A stretch of 64,000 bases of DNA from a virus: positions 1-64,000 of the IMG/VR virus record IMGVR_UViG_3300037200_000120. One strand, written 5' to 3'. A model generated the notes under the pieces. It saw nothing but the letters and a program-made list of their open reading frames with translations. It ran no database searches and had not been told where the DNA came from. Shown piece by piece: positions 47,601 through 57,022 of this stretch. A program made the translations under genes and the position numbers. Numbering within the stretch: the stretch's first letter is position 1; the number at the start of each line of letters is the position of its first letter.

Positions 47601-48210
47601 CGGGAACGAGCGCGGATGAAACACCGGACCCAATACCGCGTGCGATCGATTCTGCCGGGGTTTGCGCGACCGTGCTCTCCGGATTCATGCGCGGATCAAC
47701 CGCGCCGAAAGCCTGCTTGATCGATTGTGAGCCCCCGACGGGGTTATCGATCGTCGGGATGGTCGACCCCGTCGCCGAGTTGACGGCTTGGATGCCTTTG
47801 TTCATCAGCCATGCAGTGGCGTCGACCGGCACGCCGAGCGTGTCGATCGCACCTTCGCTCAGCCCGGCGCCGAAATTGCCGACGATCGAGCCAGCGGTCG
47901 CGGGTGTCGTTTTCTTCGGAGGTGGCGGAAGTTTTCCGTCGATGCCGGATTGCAAGAGGTCGAGCGTGCTCTGTCCTGGAGGTGAAGGTGCAGCGATCGG
48001 GGCAGCAGTCGGAGTGGGCGACCCGCTCGGCACGGGCACTCCCGACGGCTTCAGCGTGCCGTCGATCCCGCTCTGCAACAGATCGAGCGTCGCCTGTCCA
48101 GGCTGGCCGGAAACGACTTGGTCGCCGGCAGAGACAGGGCCCGGTGCGCCAGTCGCGTCCGAAGGCGCGGCAGGCGTCGGTGCTTTTGTGACGTAGATAT
48201 CGCCGGACAT
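44641..48210 (-). CDS. Large internal virion / DNA-ejection protein with a ParB/Srx-like insert
   Basis: 1189 aa in the ejection-protein position; GFDDGRNRFAAMRDAGMKTAPV. Confidence 0.75.
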   Translation of the reverse strand: MSGDIYVTKAPTPAAPSDATGAPGPVSAGDQVVSGQPGQATLDLLQSGIDGTLKPSGVPVPSGSPTPTAAPIAAPSPPGQSTLDLLQSGIDGKLPPPPKKTTPATAGSIVGNFGAGLSEGAIDTLGVPVDATAWLMNKGIQAVNSATGSTIPTIDNPVGGSQSIKQAFGAVDPRMNPESTVAQTPAESIARGIGSGVSSALVPEAGVVGLGKTGLANAYPMAAKALESAFGSGSSGAQTATNAAIGGLSGGTGEGAAAVVPEPLQPVARLAGNLVGGVAGAGLAEAPTLAREGASAIRDYAAPFQGDANSPQKLALAQRLFVKGVADRNQALENSRTNGDTGVGGVPLTSYQSIGDRGIGSMEREAETANPAPFNERRAQQNEARVGVIKALQPTGDPAAVSAHIRDQLAELDDALAGVQRQATTHAQAKTAEIGGTAAPEDIGNVARTQLAANHAGAKAWEKTLWDAIDPDGKLALGTAPISGAARRIESGMSETAKKAKPIEGSERKLFDAAQALGPVSKLKEVTDLRSLVSEEMRAQRGPNGSPTVLARLTQLRGAIEQAIVDAAEHKAAQESVAVKANAMRAKDTMAARLEAERHGFEQAAAENARINIGGDGARNVGLRSEGVRGASGTEVPPSVRSGNAAGSESLSSPDQQARVLAAARPAQEGERVVNVDVAKVDRDWKDTGFHVAPGSGGKAQGAADFLGSLKDGDTFAAPSLGVQRLSDGTVTGFDDGRNRFAAMRDAGMKTAPVSMDERSIENARQAGYIVGEPKPPLEANMDAEAADRIKAASEATKEKNDTFKKGPVGDFLAERGAKDDFRILDSGFGGKFWKPGPGGADAVRSFATATGNDVDAIQTLSDAAALSLRKAAVDDKGVMDPAKYAAWAKSHSDALRALGEVGGSPEQFATAAKAGEAVADATAMRAATLDAYQKGALGKIMGLSDAQGVTDEIGKLFARSDRIQAMRQLAAEVKDNPDARDGLRKAVADFLESKAISNKDKVKGDVFQNFVKQNRTVLAQIFDKDELKGIDAVAAELKHVSTLADEQGLPGRPTTAQDIVKYLKTANESRHGHLSLFAEMLLGADAGKEIPGGPMTKAIGAAVGAGSAVAKKLIQAKRAAGMNDVSALMQKMILYPEMARTALEQAAPTKLISRDIKFTQQLNRVAAIAASRAISNRQDARKGAANVR

Positions 48211-51132
48211 TTACGGCAGCAATCCGGCGGTCTGCGCGAGTTTGACCTGAGCGGCCAAGGATTTCAGCACATCCTTGCCTCCAGGCTGAGCCGCCATTCT
48301 CGCCACCAAGGTCTGAGCCTCGGTCGGATTGTCGAGTTGCATCCGATGTAGAACGAAAGCGGCCGGGCTGATGTTCTCGTTCCAATAGGCTTGGAAATCT
48401 CGCCCTTCGGATTGCGGCATCGGACCGAGCGAATTATTGTTCGCAGCACGCCATCCAGCGGCGGCTTGCTGCTTGGCGATGGTGAAATCGCCGAGTCCCT
48501 TCATTTGCGGAATGACGAGCCCGATACCGCCTTCGCTCATTTCCGGGCTCGGCAGCGATTTGTTGATGAGTTGCATTTCCTGCACGCCCACGCGCGAACT
48601 CGTCTCATGCGCGGCCGCTCTGGAAACATTCCCTGCCATCTTGACGAAATCCTGATAGTCGGCGATCGACTGATCCAACCCAGGGGTAGAAATGCCGAGA
48701 CCCTTGGCGACCGATTGCAGGCCCTCGCGAGCGCTTTCCGCGAACGGCGCCCATTTGCCAGGCGTCCATGTTCCGCCCGCTGCGGCTTGCGCCACTTCAT
48801 CGAGCGTTGTGTTCATTGTCCGCGCCGAGGATGCGGCTTGATCGAGTTGCGCCGGAAGTTCTCCGTAAGCTTTGCCTTGGCCCTCCTGTTCTTCTTTTTG
48901 CGCGATGGTCATCCCCGGCTGTAGCGTCGTCCATCCTAGAGGCGCGTTGCCGGCGGCGGCCGAGGCGGCGGGAGCGGCGGGCGAGACGCCGGGAGGCGCA
49001 ACAGGAGCGGCCACGGGAGCCGGGGCATTCGCCGCGACAGGCTGAACGACAGGCGCTTGACCGGGCGGACCAGCCGCCGGAGCGATATTCGTCGGCGATG
49101 GCACGATGGGCGCGACGGTTCCTTGTGCGGGGGCGACGGGAGCGAGAGGGCTGGTTCCTCGTGCGGGGGCGACAGGAATCGGCGGCACAGGAATATTGGC
49201 CGCTTGAGCCGTCGTCCCGACCCCTTGGTTGCTTCCGAAAATAGCGGGGCGCGCCCCCGGCGCACCTGCGCTCGGCGGAGGCGCGACCAGATTCCCGACC
49301 GGGAATTTTCCATTCGCGATCGACTCGGCATAGGCTAGCCGCGTCGGTTCGGAATTGTTGCCGTAACGGATATAGCCGTGAAGCGCCTGATTGGCCGACG
49401 CGAGATCGGTGGCTTTGAGGAACGGCGCGGCAGAAGCGCTTTCCGGCCCACCCATCTCGTATTTGACGAAATCCAATTGCGTATTGAGGTCGGTAGGAGA
49501 AGCGCCGCGCGCGGCGGCGAAAGCATTCAGTGCGTTTCGGCGATCGAGACGCCATTGCAGAAGCCCGATACCGCCCTCGGTCGGGTTCGGCGCGGCTGGG
49601 TTGAATTCGCTTTCCTGCTTCATATTGCCGGTCAGCGCGGCGGCTTGGACCGGCGTGAATCCCCTCTGGATGAGGCCGGTGTAAATTCGCTGTCCGATAT
49701 TTTGTGGTGTCACCCCCGCGGTTCCGCCCGCAGTTTCTCGCTGCGCGATGGTCTGCGCGCCTTGCGCATTGTCGGCCAAGACTTGAGCCTTGGTGGCACC
49801 CGCCGTTCCCCCCGCGCTCGGCGCCGCAGGGCCGATCATATTCTGGGGAACTTCGTTCGCGTTGCGGATCGTGCCGGGGACCGCAGGAGCGAATGAATTT
49901 GCTGATGCAGGAATAGGCGCCGCGCCCGTTGTGGTCAATCCCGTCTTCGGATCGATCGCGTTGCCGCGCGCGTCAGTAGCGACCGGCGTTCCGTCTGCCG
50001 CGCGAGCGGTAGGCCCGCCAGCGGAACCGACAGGCAGCGGCGCGGAAGCCGCTTGAAGCCCGGGAGGCCCGAGCACGCGCCCCGGCGCAACCGGAGCCGC
50101 AGGAAGCCCTTGCGAATTAGCAGGAGGGGCTCCAGGCGGCGGAGAGAGCGGACCTGACGGCAAACCGTTGAACGGCGATGCTGCAAACGGCGCACCGCCC
50201 GCAGGTGTGTCGGACAGCCCGGGGGGCAACCGTACAGTTTGTTGCGGCTCGGTTACGAGCGGCTTGTTCAGTGTCTCAGCGCGCGTGGTCGCCGCTGTTT
50301 TCGCCCCCGCGACCGTAGGCGTATCGGTCGGGGCTATGCCCCCCTGCTGCATTCCCTTGGCAAGCGGCACGAGAGAGGATACCGGCGCCTGCCACAGATA
50401 TTGCTCGGTCGCGGCGTCCATCGGCTGACCGGAAGCGGCGCGAACGGCCTTGAACCTTTGGATCAGGTCCGATCTGACTTCGGGAGGCAATGTTTGCGTC
50501 CCGTCAGGATCGGTGACTATTCCGCCGAGGAGTTCCGATGCGATCTGAGCTTTTTGCGTGGCGATGTCGGCTTGCGTTGCGACTGCGGTTTTGGTGGCGC
50601 CAGCCACCGCGCCGACGCCCGCCGCGCCCCCCTCTAGACCAGCGGCCGAGAGGCTTGTGGGATTCTGTGAAAGCCCAATACGTCCTGTGTTTTGAAGATT
50701 GGCCGTTGTCGTATCGGCCATCGTTTTGGCCGCGGTAGCCGCCGTCCCGACGAGGGCCGGCCCGGCCGGAGCCGCAGACATCGGATTGTTCGGATTGGCT
50801 GCATAGGCTCGGTTGCCAGCGATAGTCATCCCGCTCTGGACGTTCCCCAAAATCGCCGTCGATCCCGCCGGATCGGTTGCGCCGAGTCCGCTATGGATAA
50901 GCGCGCCTTCCGGCTGCTCGCCGTTGGCGATACGGGAATTATAATCCTGAAGCGCGTTGAGCCCGATCGCGCCACGTTGAACATTCTGTCCCGTCAGAGC
51001 GGCTTGCGCTTGCGCTTCCTGCCCGCGCGCGGCCATATATTGCAACTGCGCCAGTGACGTGATCTGTCCGACGACGTCCGGCGGAGGGGCAACCTTACCC
51101 TGAAGCGCGATCGTATTGTCGATCTCGGCCAT
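48211..51132 (-). CDS. DNA-ejection protein with a phage tail-tip lysozyme domain
   Basis: GFTPVQAAALTGNMKQESEFNP...GLLQWR..RR...QLDF. Confidence 0.8.
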   Translation of the reverse strand: MAEIDNTIALQGKVAPPPDVVGQITSLAQLQYMAARGQEAQAQAALTGQNVQRGAIGLNALQDYNSRIANGEQPEGALIHSGLGATDPAGSTAILGNVQSGMTIAGNRAYAANPNNPMSAAPAGPALVGTAATAAKTMADTTTANLQNTGRIGLSQNPTSLSAAGLEGGAAGVGAVAGATKTAVATQADIATQKAQIASELLGGIVTDPDGTQTLPPEVRSDLIQRFKAVRAASGQPMDAATEQYLWQAPVSSLVPLAKGMQQGGIAPTDTPTVAGAKTAATTRAETLNKPLVTEPQQTVRLPPGLSDTPAGGAPFAASPFNGLPSGPLSPPPGAPPANSQGLPAAPVAPGRVLGPPGLQAASAPLPVGSAGGPTARAADGTPVATDARGNAIDPKTGLTTTGAAPIPASANSFAPAVPGTIRNANEVPQNMIGPAAPSAGGTAGATKAQVLADNAQGAQTIAQRETAGGTAGVTPQNIGQRIYTGLIQRGFTPVQAAALTGNMKQESEFNPAAPNPTEGGIGLLQWRLDRRNALNAFAAARGASPTDLNTQLDFVKYEMGGPESASAAPFLKATDLASANQALHGYIRYGNNSEPTRLAYAESIANGKFPVGNLVAPPPSAGAPGARPAIFGSNQGVGTTAQAANIPVPPIPVAPARGTSPLAPVAPAQGTVAPIVPSPTNIAPAAGPPGQAPVVQPVAANAPAPVAAPVAPPGVSPAAPAASAAAGNAPLGWTTLQPGMTIAQKEEQEGQGKAYGELPAQLDQAASSARTMNTTLDEVAQAAAGGTWTPGKWAPFAESAREGLQSVAKGLGISTPGLDQSIADYQDFVKMAGNVSRAAAHETSSRVGVQEMQLINKSLPSPEMSEGGIGLVIPQMKGLGDFTIAKQQAAAGWRAANNNSLGPMPQSEGRDFQAYWNENISPAAFVLHRMQLDNPTEAQTLVARMAAQPGGKDVLKSLAAQVKLAQTAGLLP

Positions 51133-51138
51133 CAGCTA

Positions 51139-52002
51139 TCAGTTCAACAGATACGAGGTGTCGGGATTGTCTTGAATAGCGTCCTGGCCAGCGTCGGAAA
51201 GCCCCCCATAATTGCCCGTTGAATTCTGATATGCGCTGGCCAGATTCGTATTGCCACCCAGACCCAACTTATTGACGAGAAGAGAGCTCGTCAGGCCGCT
51301 ACCCAAGCTGGAAAGACCGCCGGAAAGCGCGCTTGCGGACCCAACCGTTCCCGACGCCTGCGCCTGTCCGATCGCCTGTTGCGTATTGCCCTGCGAATTT
51401 CCTGCATTGGCCGAAAGGTTCGCGACTCCCGACGCCGCGCTCTGTCCCATACCAGCCAGCGATTGCAATCGGCTGAAATAGTTGCCGAATTGTTGCGAGG
51501 CCAAGCCTTGGCCATATTGTTCTGCGCCGATCGCAGCGCCGCCGCCGCCTACGGACAAACCCGGCGTGGTTCCCGCCGCAGCCGAGCGATCCAAGGCTTG
51601 CAAACCCTGCTGGAAAGCGAATTGATAGTCTGGCGATTGTGTGAAAGCTTGATCCGCTGCCGCCTGGACTTGTGGGCCGCCTGGGCTGGAAATCGCCGAA
51701 TAGATATTGCCGGGCGTCACGACCCCTGTCGGCGACACGGTCGCAGCGCCAGTCCCAGACGCGCCATAGGCGATCCCGTACAGGTTTGCGAGTTGATCCT
51801 CGGCGCCGAGGCCTACGGTCTCGTAAGGCGCTTCCGCCGCAAGTCCCGTGTTTTCCGCGGCGACTTGAGTGGCCAACGCATTTCGAGCAGCCGTCGCCTG
51901 TTGTGAAGATGCATTATTGGCCGCGCCAGCTTGAAGCGCCGAGCCGCCGAGCCCCAGAACGCCAGCTCCGACGACGGCGGTAGGAAGAGAGATGCTCGGC
52001 AT
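51139..52002 (-). CDS. DNA transfer / pilot protein (P22 gp7-like)
   Basis: SPDYQFAFQQGLQALDRSAAA...YGQGLASQQFGNYFSRLQSLAGMGQ. Confidence 0.8.
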   Translation of the reverse strand: MPSISLPTAVVGAGVLGLGGSALQAGAANNASSQQATAARNALATQVAAENTGLAAEAPYETVGLGAEDQLANLYGIAYGASGTGAATVSPTGVVTPGNIYSAISSPGGPQVQAAADQAFTQSPDYQFAFQQGLQALDRSAAAGTTPGLSVGGGGAAIGAEQYGQGLASQQFGNYFSRLQSLAGMGQSAASGVANLSANAGNSQGNTQQAIGQAQASGTVGSASALSGGLSSLGSGLTSSLLVNKLGLGGNTNLASAYQNSTGNYGGLSDAGQDAIQDNPDTSYLLN

Positions 52003-52005
52003 TTT

Positions 52006-52482
52006 CTACTCCCTTCCGATCCAGAGGAAAAATTCGCGCTTGATGAATATGGCCTTGATCCGGGCGAACAGCGAACCGAGCCGCGCGCCACGCCCCAACA
52101 TCCGATGATGCAGCAAGAGATAATCGACCCCGAACGCCCTCAGTTCATGAATCGAGAAATCCAGCATCCGCCTGCACAGATTCAGCCCAGCGAAGCCGTC
52201 GGCGGCATAGATCGCGCCTTGGTTCGCCATTACGAGCCCCCACGACTCGACATCCGGCTGTACGTTCCAAGTGCAATAAGCGAGCAATCGTCCGTCCAGC
52301 CTCGCCGTGACGAGCCGCAAGATCCCCGCATCGTTGATCGCCTGCATCGCCTCGACGTGGACGCGGAACGGGCGTTTCAGGGCCAATTGACCTTCGACCT
52401 CGGCGTAATGCGCGCGGGCCAGGGGTTCGGCGTCAGGCCACATCGAGGCCCACGATTCCCAACCGACGACGAGATCGCTCAC
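52006..52482 (-). CDS. GNAT-like acetyltransferase
   Basis: LVTARLDGRLLAY beta core; usual position before the ejection genes. Confidence 0.6.
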   Translation of the reverse strand: MSDLVVGWESWASMWPDAEPLARAHYAEVEGQLALKRPFRVHVEAMQAINDAGILRLVTARLDGRLLAYCTWNVQPDVESWGLVMANQGAIYAADGFAGLNLCRRMLDFSIHELRAFGVDYLLLHHRMLGRGARLGSLFARIKAIFIKREFFLWIGRE

Positions 52483-53033
52483 GCGAGAAGCTGCGCTTTC
52501 AGTCCTTCGATCCTCGCCTGATTATCGGCGAGATATTTCATGCGGGCGTGGACGTCGATCTGGACGTTGCGCCAAGCCATCTCGCGGTCCCAAGCCTCGT
52601 CCCACGGAATTTGCAGGCAATGCTCGAACAGAACCGCTCGCGTTCTGGCCTGACACAGATCGTCAAATTGAACGGTCAAGACGCCGGGATGCCCCGATAT
52701 CTCGTTCAACATCGAGGCGCGCGCGATCAGTTCCCCCATCTTGGCCTCTATTCCAAATTGGGAAAGACTACGCTCGACTTCGGAGACAGGGCGCCGGATC
52801 ACCGCGAACTTGGCCTCCGGCATCCGCTCACGGATCAGGCGCCAGCCCAACATCGCGGCGGTTTCGACGGCGCCGATCATTTCGCCGTCGAATTTATTGA
52901 AGAAATCATTTGGCGTCGAGCACGTCGCCGCGATGTCATGGCCAACACGCCAGTTGCCGCTGATCGGATAGCGAAGATATTCGCGCGTCCATGCCGTCCT
53001 GCTCCGAGGTAGTGCGAAGACGATGAAGGTCAT
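52479..53033 (-). CDS. Sulfotransferase-like P-loop protein
   Basis: FIVFALPRSRTAW; VIRRPVSEVERSL. Confidence 0.6.
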   Translation of the reverse strand: MTFIVFALPRSRTAWTREYLRYPISGNWRVGHDIAATCSTPNDFFNKFDGEMIGAVETAAMLGWRLIRERMPEAKFAVIRRPVSEVERSLSQFGIEAKMGELIARASMLNEISGHPGVLTVQFDDLCQARTRAVLFEHCLQIPWDEAWDREMAWRNVQIDVHARMKYLADNQARIEGLKAQLLA

Positions 53034-53449
53034 GCCACGCGCCGTTTCGGCACGACACGAATTACGGACTTGTTCGACACTATGAGGCGGGAATAGACGT
53101 ACCAGCGGATTTCTGTTTCGTCCGCGCCGACAGTGTCCTCATTGATCGCGGCGACGCGGATTTTGAAGGCTTCCAGTTCAGGTTTGACGCGCCAATAGAG
53201 AACGCCGGGCCGCTTCGCCTCGTAGTCGAGAACCGCCAGTCGCCAAGTCGCGACCGCGATTTCTTTCGTCGCGCACAAACACGGCTCTTTGGCGTCGCTG
53301 TCTCTGACGCCGCCGCTGCAAAACTCGATGTAGGCTTCGCCCGTGGGCGCCTTCCATGGCTCGCGGTTTTCATCGCCGTCCCAGTCGACACAGGTAATTC
53401 GTTGCGTGATGTCGCGGAGCGCTTCGTCGAGAGTCACTTGTTCACCCAC
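53030..53449 (-). CDS. Hypothetical protein
   Basis: Overlaps both neighbours in operon order. Confidence 0.55.
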   Translation of the reverse strand: MGEQVTLDEALRDITQRITCVDWDGDENREPWKAPTGEAYIEFCSGGVRDSDAKEPCLCATKEIAVATWRLAVLDYEAKRPGVLYWRVKPELEAFKIRVAAINEDTVGADETEIRWYVYSRLIVSNKSVIRVVPKRRVA

Positions 53450-53763
53450 CCGGTGCGCGAGCCGTTGACGCCGCTTTCTTTAACCCAGAACGTATTCGTC
53501 GATCCGCCCTGATTGTTCGAATAGAAATCGCCTAGATTGCCGGCGATGACGTTTTCGGGGGAACCTACCCCGGAACTCCATTTCTGGCCATTGCCGAGCG
53601 TCACCGTCGAAGTCGTTCCGGCCACGGTTCCGTTCAGCGCGTTCGTGATGTTGGTCAGAAAGCGCAGCCCTTGACCGGTAAGCAGATGCTGGGCGCCAGT
53701 CGCCATGTCTTTGGTCAGAGCGAGCGCGGCATTGGCCGAGGTGACGAGAGGCTTGTTTACCAT
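53434..53763 (-). CDS. Small tail protein (tail-needle position)
   Basis: GSPENVIAGNLGDFY...FWVKESG....TGW. Confidence 0.7.
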   Translation of the reverse strand: MVNKPLVTSANAALALTKDMATGAQHLLTGQGLRFLTNITNALNGTVAGTTSTVTLGNGQKWSSGVGSPENVIAGNLGDFYSNNQGGSTNTFWVKESGVNGSRTGWVNK

Positions 53764-55442
53764 CAGACTTCTTCGATGTCGGCCGTGGCATACGCCGCGA
53801 TGAATGTCCTGGGAACCGGATCAGACACCACGATCCTAAACCGCCAGTCCCGAGCCGCGCCCAACTTCTTCCAGATCAGGCGCGTCGCATAGGCCCCGGT
53901 CTTCCCCAAACTCATCCAGAGTTGCCTGATGCCATAGGTTCTGCCTTGATCCTTGGAAATCATCAGCATGATTTGAGGGTCCGAGCCCTGCCCGGTCTGT
54001 GGCGCGTCGCCGACTTGCATGTTCAGTTCGAGTTTGGAGATGAAGACCCGCTTCCGGTCTTTGTGAACCGGGGGCGAATCGGCAAACCCGATCATCGGCG
54101 ATCCGAACTCGGTGTAAACCGAGTCGGAGAGGTAGCCGATCTGGCCGGATTGAGAATCCCCGATCAGGGTTTGATTGTTGAACACGACCGAACAGTTGCC
54201 GCGCCACGCCCCGTCGAACGGCGTCGCGGCGACATACGATGTCCGCTCATGCCAGAGGCTGGTCGCGATGTCCAGTTCCCACGTCGCGTTGTTGCTGGGA
54301 AATTGCACTGCGACGAACTTGTGGCCGTTGAACGTGTAGGAGAACGCATAGGCATCTCCCGTGTTGGCATATTTCTGCCACGCGCCTTCGATAGCGTGCG
54401 TGCTCATGCGCCTGAGTAAGACGCCGTCGAGGCGGTAGAACACCAGATCGTTGCCGAGAAAGAAAACCCCGTTGTCTTCCTTGACGATCGCCAGCGCAGC
54501 CGCGCAACCACGCTCGATCGTCGCCCCGTCATACCGGGAGAACGGATCGTTGTTCGCCCCGGTATCGTACCAGGTCTCGATCGTCTTCTGTTTGAAGATC
54601 AGAAGATTTTCTTGCTGGTTTACCGTCGCGAGAACGTAACTGGAATCGACGGAGGCCTCGTTGTAATCCAGCGCCGTATAAGTGGTTCCATCATTATTGT
54701 TGGAGTAAACCCACTGGTTTGTTCCGGTGACGTCGTTGGTAAAATAGGTATCGAAGAATGTCGTCGTGGCTGCATCAGCGAAATTAGGGATCTGAGAAAA
54801 CCCGACCGGAGGGCCAGTAAATGTCAGGTTGAAACTGGCCCCAGAACCGACGCCGGTGGTCGCCGCCTGTTCGGCTGGATTTGTGGGTTCGGTTCCATAT
54901 TGGCCCGGCGAGTAGATCGTGAACGAAGCCGCAGCCGAGCCGCTGAGTGTGGCGACTTCGAGGATCGCCGGGTTCGTATAGGTTCCCCCGGCGACCGTGA
55001 TCTGATCGCCGATCGCATAGTCCGAGCCGGAAGACCCGCCGACCGGCGTCGCGGCCGAGACATTGAACACGGAAGTCGGAGCATAGATCCAACCGGCGAC
55101 GCCGTTGACGATCTGGACTTGCGTTCCGTTGTTGGCCATCGAAACCGGGCCGAACCCGGCGATGCCAGAGCCCAACTCCGTCACCGTGTCGGCGACGGTC
55201 ACGCTGTAGAGCGACTGTCCCGACACGAGGTAGAGGACGTTGTTCATGACGCTGAAGCCGCGGATCGGGCCGTTGCCCACCGTGACCAAAGTAATGATCC
55301 CAGGAGAGGCAATCACAGCGATGTCGGTTTTGGCGTCAGGCGGCTCTTTCTCGGCGTAGAGATTGACACAGCGTTGCGAGGATACCGGGAGGGAGTCGAG
55401 TTTGTACGATTGTGTCGACCATTGGATACGGAGCGGTTCCAT
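53763..55442 (-). CDS. Tail hub / packaged-DNA stabilization protein (P22 gp10-like)
   Basis: QRCVNLY, GPVSMANNG, TIETWY, STHAIE, GHKF, LWHER, SKDQGRTY..LGKTGAY..R..W.KLG.ARD. Confidence 0.85.
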   Translation of the reverse strand: MEPLRIQWSTQSYKLDSLPVSSQRCVNLYAEKEPPDAKTDIAVIASPGIITLVTVGNGPIRGFSVMNNVLYLVSGQSLYSVTVADTVTELGSGIAGFGPVSMANNGTQVQIVNGVAGWIYAPTSVFNVSAATPVGGSSGSDYAIGDQITVAGGTYTNPAILEVATLSGSAAASFTIYSPGQYGTEPTNPAEQAATTGVGSGASFNLTFTGPPVGFSQIPNFADAATTTFFDTYFTNDVTGTNQWVYSNNNDGTTYTALDYNEASVDSSYVLATVNQQENLLIFKQKTIETWYDTGANNDPFSRYDGATIERGCAAALAIVKEDNGVFFLGNDLVFYRLDGVLLRRMSTHAIEGAWQKYANTGDAYAFSYTFNGHKFVAVQFPSNNATWELDIATSLWHERTSYVAATPFDGAWRGNCSVVFNNQTLIGDSQSGQIGYLSDSVYTEFGSPMIGFADSPPVHKDRKRVFISKLELNMQVGDAPQTGQGSDPQIMLMISKDQGRTYGIRQLWMSLGKTGAYATRLIWKKLGAARDWRFRIVVSDPVPRTFIAAYATADIEEV

Positions 55443-55522
55443 GGGCTAAAAAATCGCCCACACCTGTTGATTGGTGTTGCATCTCATATTATATACACTC
55501 CCTCAATCGAGGTGGATCATTC

Positions 55523-56071
55523 ATGGAAGAAATATGGAAACCCGTCACTGGCTTTGAATTAGACTACGAAGTTTCTAACCTTGGCCGCGTAAAGCGCATC
55601 AGCCCGAACCGGGCTGGAAATACAAGGTTCGTCGGGCACATCATAAAACCAATGATGAGGACGCGCGGTTACCTCGGAATCTGTCTATGGAAAGATAGGA
55701 AGCCACACTCCAAACTTATCCATCGTATCGTTATGGAAACATTCGTTGGTCCGAGAGGGAACAACACGACGAACCACAAAAACGGAATAAAAATAGATAA
55801 TATGCTAGATAACTTGGAATACGTGACTCACTCCGAAAACATACAGCACGCATTGAACGTGCTTAAATCATTCAGACCAAGAAGTGGTGAAACTCATCAT
55901 CGCGCGACGATATCTGATGTTGACATGATCAGTATATGCAACAGACTCGACGCTGGAGAACGGCCCGGACCCATCGCTTCAGAATTTGGAGTAGCATACG
56001 GAACCATACGCGATTTCAGAGATCGAAATGGGAGATCAAAAAACGTTACGAAGAAATCATCCGCGCCCTGA
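55523..56071 (+). CDS. Free-standing NUMOD4-HNH homing endonuclease
   Basis: EIWKPVTGFELDYEVSNLGRVK, HRIV..TF, NHKNGIKIDN..DNLEYVTHSEN; GAGGT RBS; low GC; opposite strand to its neighbours. Confidence 0.9.
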   Translation: MEEIWKPVTGFELDYEVSNLGRVKRISPNRAGNTRFVGHIIKPMMRTRGYLGICLWKDRKPHSKLIHRIVMETFVGPRGNNTTNHKNGIKIDNMLDNLEYVTHSENIQHALNVLKSFRPRSGETHHRATISDVDMISICNRLDAGERPGPIASEFGVAYGTIRDFRDRNGRSKNVTKKSSAP

Positions 56072-57022
56072 TTGATCGAAATCAACACCGAAAAGCATGG
56101 ACTCAGGCTCGCGGTCCCATCCTTGGACTATCTCTAGCCAATAGGCAGCTTTCTGAGCGATCTTTTGAGCCCTAGCCTGCCCCACCCCGTACTCGGGAAC
56201 AAGCTCGTCTGCAAGTCCCCAAGTGAGAGCATTCGTCCACTCTTGCGGGAAATTTGGAGTGTCGGACGCATTTGAAAAGTCTCCCAGCGCCTGTAGGTAA
56301 GTGAACTTCATCGCCGAAAGCGAGTCTTGCGGCGCGGGCCACGCCCAGAACTTGCCGATGGTCTGTTGCGGATCATAGAAGAACGTCGTGATCGTGCCGC
56401 CGGTATATTTGTTCGGCAGATCGCGATAATCGAGCCGGGACGACACGGTCAGTTCGGTCTCGATCAACGACGGCAGATAGAACCGCCGCGCGTTCGGAAT
56501 CCGCAACGGCCGCGTCAGTTTGTTGGCGACGGGATAATCAACGACGATGGCGTTCAGATTGGCTTGGAGCGGAAGCGCAGCGGCCAGATTGACGATCCCA
56601 TTGGCGGGAGCGCCGGAGACCGTCGTCCAGAACAGGGTGTTCGTCGCCAACATCACGCCGATATTGTCGCCGGCGCCAAAACCTGCCGTCGAAACCAGAG
56701 AAATCGAAGTCGCGCCTTGGCCGGCCGCCGAAACGAGGGCGCCTTGCGTCCAGTTCGCATCGGTGCAGGCCTGATCCGTATTTGTCCCACCGAGCGAATA
56801 GCTGATTTGCGTCGGCTGAGTGAAGAGAACGCCTTCCGTTTCGGTCCAGACATGGAGTCCCGTGGCTTGCCACCCCGCTACGAGGGCGTTCAACGCATCG
56901 TAGGCGTCGCTGATTTCCTGGTTGCCGGGGATTTCCCCGGCTTGGATCGCGTTGCACTGCCGGAGCGCCCGCAACATGATCGAGTTGACCGAGGGCGAGT
57001 AGACCGAAGAAGCTATCGCCAT
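56057..57022 (-). CDS. Head-to-tail adaptor (P22 gp4-like)
   Basis: ALRQC.....GE......DA.DALN.LV..W; WPAP; FPQEW..AL.WGLA.EL.PEYG. Confidence 0.8.
   Translation of the reverse strand: MAIASSVYSPSVNSIMLRALRQCNAIQAGEIPGNQEISDAYDALNALVAGWQATGLHVWTETEGVLFTQPTQISYSLGGTNTDQACTDANWTQGALVSAAGQGATSISLVSTAGFGAGDNIGVMLATNTLFWTTVSGAPANGIVNLAAALPLQANLNAIVVDYPVANKLTRPLRIPNARRFYLPSLIETELTVSSRLDYRDLPNKYTGGTITTFFYDPQQTIGKFWAWPAPQDSLSAMKFTYLQALGDFSNASDTPNFPQEWTNALTWGLADELVPEYGVGQARAQKIAQKAAYWLEIVQGWDREPESMLFGVDFDQSGRG

Noticed and set aside
55523-56071. Intron-encoded HNH
   Set aside because: It lies between intact genes on the opposite strand, with no group I motifs around it.
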